Source: an uncultured Candidatus Rokubacteria bacterium
GTDB lineage: Bacteria; Methylomirabilota; Methylomirabilia; Rokubacteriales; DASRDR01
Assembly: GCA_963708025.1 (NCBI GenBank)
Contig: CAVPSB010000013.1
Location: 96,001 to 160,000 of the forward strand
DNA length: 64,000 nucleotides
Reading direction: 5' to 3'
This document shows, one piece after another, positions 62,268 to 64,000 of this stretch; the stretch's first letter is position 1, and the number at the start of each line of letters is the position of its first letter. The notes under the pieces were generated by a model. That model did not search any database. It saw nothing but the letters and a program-made list of their open reading frames with translations, and was not told where the DNA came from. Position numbers and translations under genes: made by a program.

Positions 62268-63515
62268 GTGAGCTCGAGCCGCCAGCCGCCTGCGTTGCCC
62301 GGCGGAATCATCGGAGTGGAGACGCCGTATGCCTGGCTGCGGCTGGCGACCTCGCTGCTGATCAGCACGATCGGCAGCGTCGGGATGTGGAGCGCCGTAG
62401 TCGTGTTGCCGGCCATCCAGGCCGAGTTCGCGGTGGATCGCGCCGATGCGTCCCTGCCCTACACCGTGTCGATGGTCTTCTTCGTCGTCGGCCAGATACT
62501 GATGGGCCGGGTGGCCGACCGTTCCGGCGTCCTCGTTCCGGTGATGGTCGGAACGGCCGCGCTGGCGCTCGGCTACGTCGCCGCGAGTGTCGCCACGAGC
62601 CTGTGGCAGTTCATCGCCGCCTACGGGTTGCTGATCGGCTTTGTCGGCAGCTCGGCCACGTTCGGCCCGGTGATCGCCGACATCTCGCACTGGTTCTCGC
62701 GCCGCCGCGGGATCGCGGTGGCGATTTGCTCGTGCGGCAGCTACCTGGCGGGAACGATCTGGCCGCCGATCGTGCAGCACTTCACGCAGACGGCGGGATG
62801 GCGCGCGACGCACCTGGGGATCGGCGTGTTCTGCGCGGTGACCATGCTGCCGCTCTCCCTCGTCCTGCGCCGCCGTACGCCCGCCATCCGCGGAACGGGC
62901 TCCTCCGGCCCACGCAGCCCGGCGCGGCTGCCCGGCACCATGTCGCCGGCCACGCTCCAGGCGATGCTGATGGTCGCGGGCGTCGCGTGCTGCGTGGCAA
63001 TGGCGATGCCCCAGGTTCACATCGTCGCCTACAGCGGTGACCTGGGCCACGGCGTCGCGCGGGGCGCCGAGATGCTGTCGATGATGCTCGGCTTCGGCAT
63101 CGTCAGCCGCCTGGCTTCAGGGTGGCTCTCCGACCGCATCGGGCCGTTGATCACCCTCTTGCTCGGTTCCGGGCTGCAGGCGCTATCCCTGTTGCTCTAT
63201 CTCCCGTTCCACGGGCTCGCCTCTCTCTACGTCGTGTCGGCGCTCTTCGGCCTGTCCCAGGGCGGCATCGTGCCCAGCTACACGCTGATCGTGCGCGAGT
63301 ACTTCCCGCCGGCGGAGGCGGGGATCCGGATCGCCCTGGTGCTGTCGGCGACCATCGCCGGTATGGCGCTGGGCGGGTGGATGTCCGGCGCGCTCTTCGA
63401 TCACACGCAGTCGTACCGGGCGGCCTTCCTCAACGGGTTCCTGTGGAATCTACTGAACGTGGGCGTCGCGCTGTGGCTGTTGCGCCGGCTGGCGTGGCGC
63501 ATGGCGCACGCGTGA
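62268..63515 (+). CDS. Major facilitator superfamily transporter
   Basis: GRVADRSG, WFSRRRG, GWLSDRIG; many hydrophobic segments; AAGGAG RBS. Confidence 0.92.
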   Translation: MSSSRQPPALPGGIIGVETPYAWLRLATSLLISTIGSVGMWSAVVVLPAIQAEFAVDRADASLPYTVSMVFFVVGQILMGRVADRSGVLVPVMVGTAALALGYVAASVATSLWQFIAAYGLLIGFVGSSATFGPVIADISHWFSRRRGIAVAICSCGSYLAGTIWPPIVQHFTQTAGWRATHLGIGVFCAVTMLPLSLVLRRRTPAIRGTGSSGPRSPARLPGTMSPATLQAMLMVAGVACCVAMAMPQVHIVAYSGDLGHGVARGAEMLSMMLGFGIVSRLASGWLSDRIGPLITLLLGSGLQALSLLLYLPFHGLASLYVVSALFGLSQGGIVPSYTLIVREYFPPAEAGIRIALVLSATIAGMALGGWMSGALFDHTQSYRAAFLNGFLWNLLNVGVALWLLRRLAWRMAHA

Positions 63516-63518
63516 GCC

Positions 63519-63739
63519 ATGAATGGAACCAGCCACACCACCCGGGAGCGGCGCTGGTCTTCGGTCCCGATAGCGCCCTGCTGGCGTCGTCGCAGGTCGA
63601 GCAGATCCGCGACGAGATGATCGTGGCCCCTCTCGAGGCTTCGCTGGTGGCGGAACAGCGCGCCCACCCCAACTACCAGCTGAGAATCCGTCGGCCCGAG
63701 CTCTACGGCGAGCTGGTGCGCGAGCAGCTGTCTTCCTGA
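63519..63739 (+). pseudogene. C-terminal remnant of a carbon-nitrogen hydrolase (nitrilase family)
   Basis: GAALVFGPDS.LLA...RRPELYGEL; no in-frame start or catalytic core. Confidence 0.55.
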
Positions 63740-63767
63740 AGCAGCCCGACCGGCGTGCGCTCCACGA

Positions 63768-64000
63768 CTAAGCGGGGAGCGGCGGCCGGCGCGTCCACGG
63801 ACTCGCGCGCTCGAGCTGGGCAGCGAGCCGCAGGAGCGTCGCCTCGTCGCCGAAGCGTGCCATCCACTGGGTGCCGATTGGCAGACCCACCTCGTTCCAG
63901 TGGAGCGGGACCGACATGGCCGGCTGCCCCGTGGCGTTGGCAATCCACGTGAAGGGGCAGAAGTCGGTGATCCGCCGACGCATGTCGAAGGGATCGCCGC
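63768..64000 (-). CDS. Amidase C-terminal part, 5' end outside window
   Basis: [17 protein letters not shown]...GLPIG...[15 protein letters not shown]; paralog of the amidase at 38905. Confidence 0.88.
   Translation of the reverse strand, partial: GDPFDMRRRITDFCPFTWIANATGQPAMSVPLHWNEVGLPIGTQWMARFGDEATLLRLAAQLERASPWTRRPPLPA

Overview
High-GC (roughly 70% by eye) bacterial chromosomal segment. Its gene content (many ABC solute-binding proteins, a zinc-ribbon/class III cyclase/AAA/TPR protein, an LVIVD protein) suggests a soil Rokubacteria/Methylomirabilota-like genome; this is inference only. Main contents: pgi; a complete ureABCEFGD operon behind a sigma-54 promoter, two NtrC-like boxes and a truncated urtE; a LacI sugar regulon (GH127, GH31, family-5 SBP) with a visible shared operator; two toxin-antitoxin-like modules; a Rieske oxygenase plus xanthine-dehydrogenase-family molybdoenzyme plus MaoC operon; a TOBE plus FecBCD-type ABC metal cluster; several catabolic and ABC clusters; and a MASE1 hybrid kinase. 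About 30 single-base frameshifts are present, probably long-read consensus errors. Non-coding highlights are a five-copy, orientation-fixed G/C-tract hairpin repeat just upstream of start codons inside operons, a 93-bp CTAG-flanked MITE-like element, and several gene-deletion scars. No rRNA, tRNA, CRISPR array or transposase was recognised.
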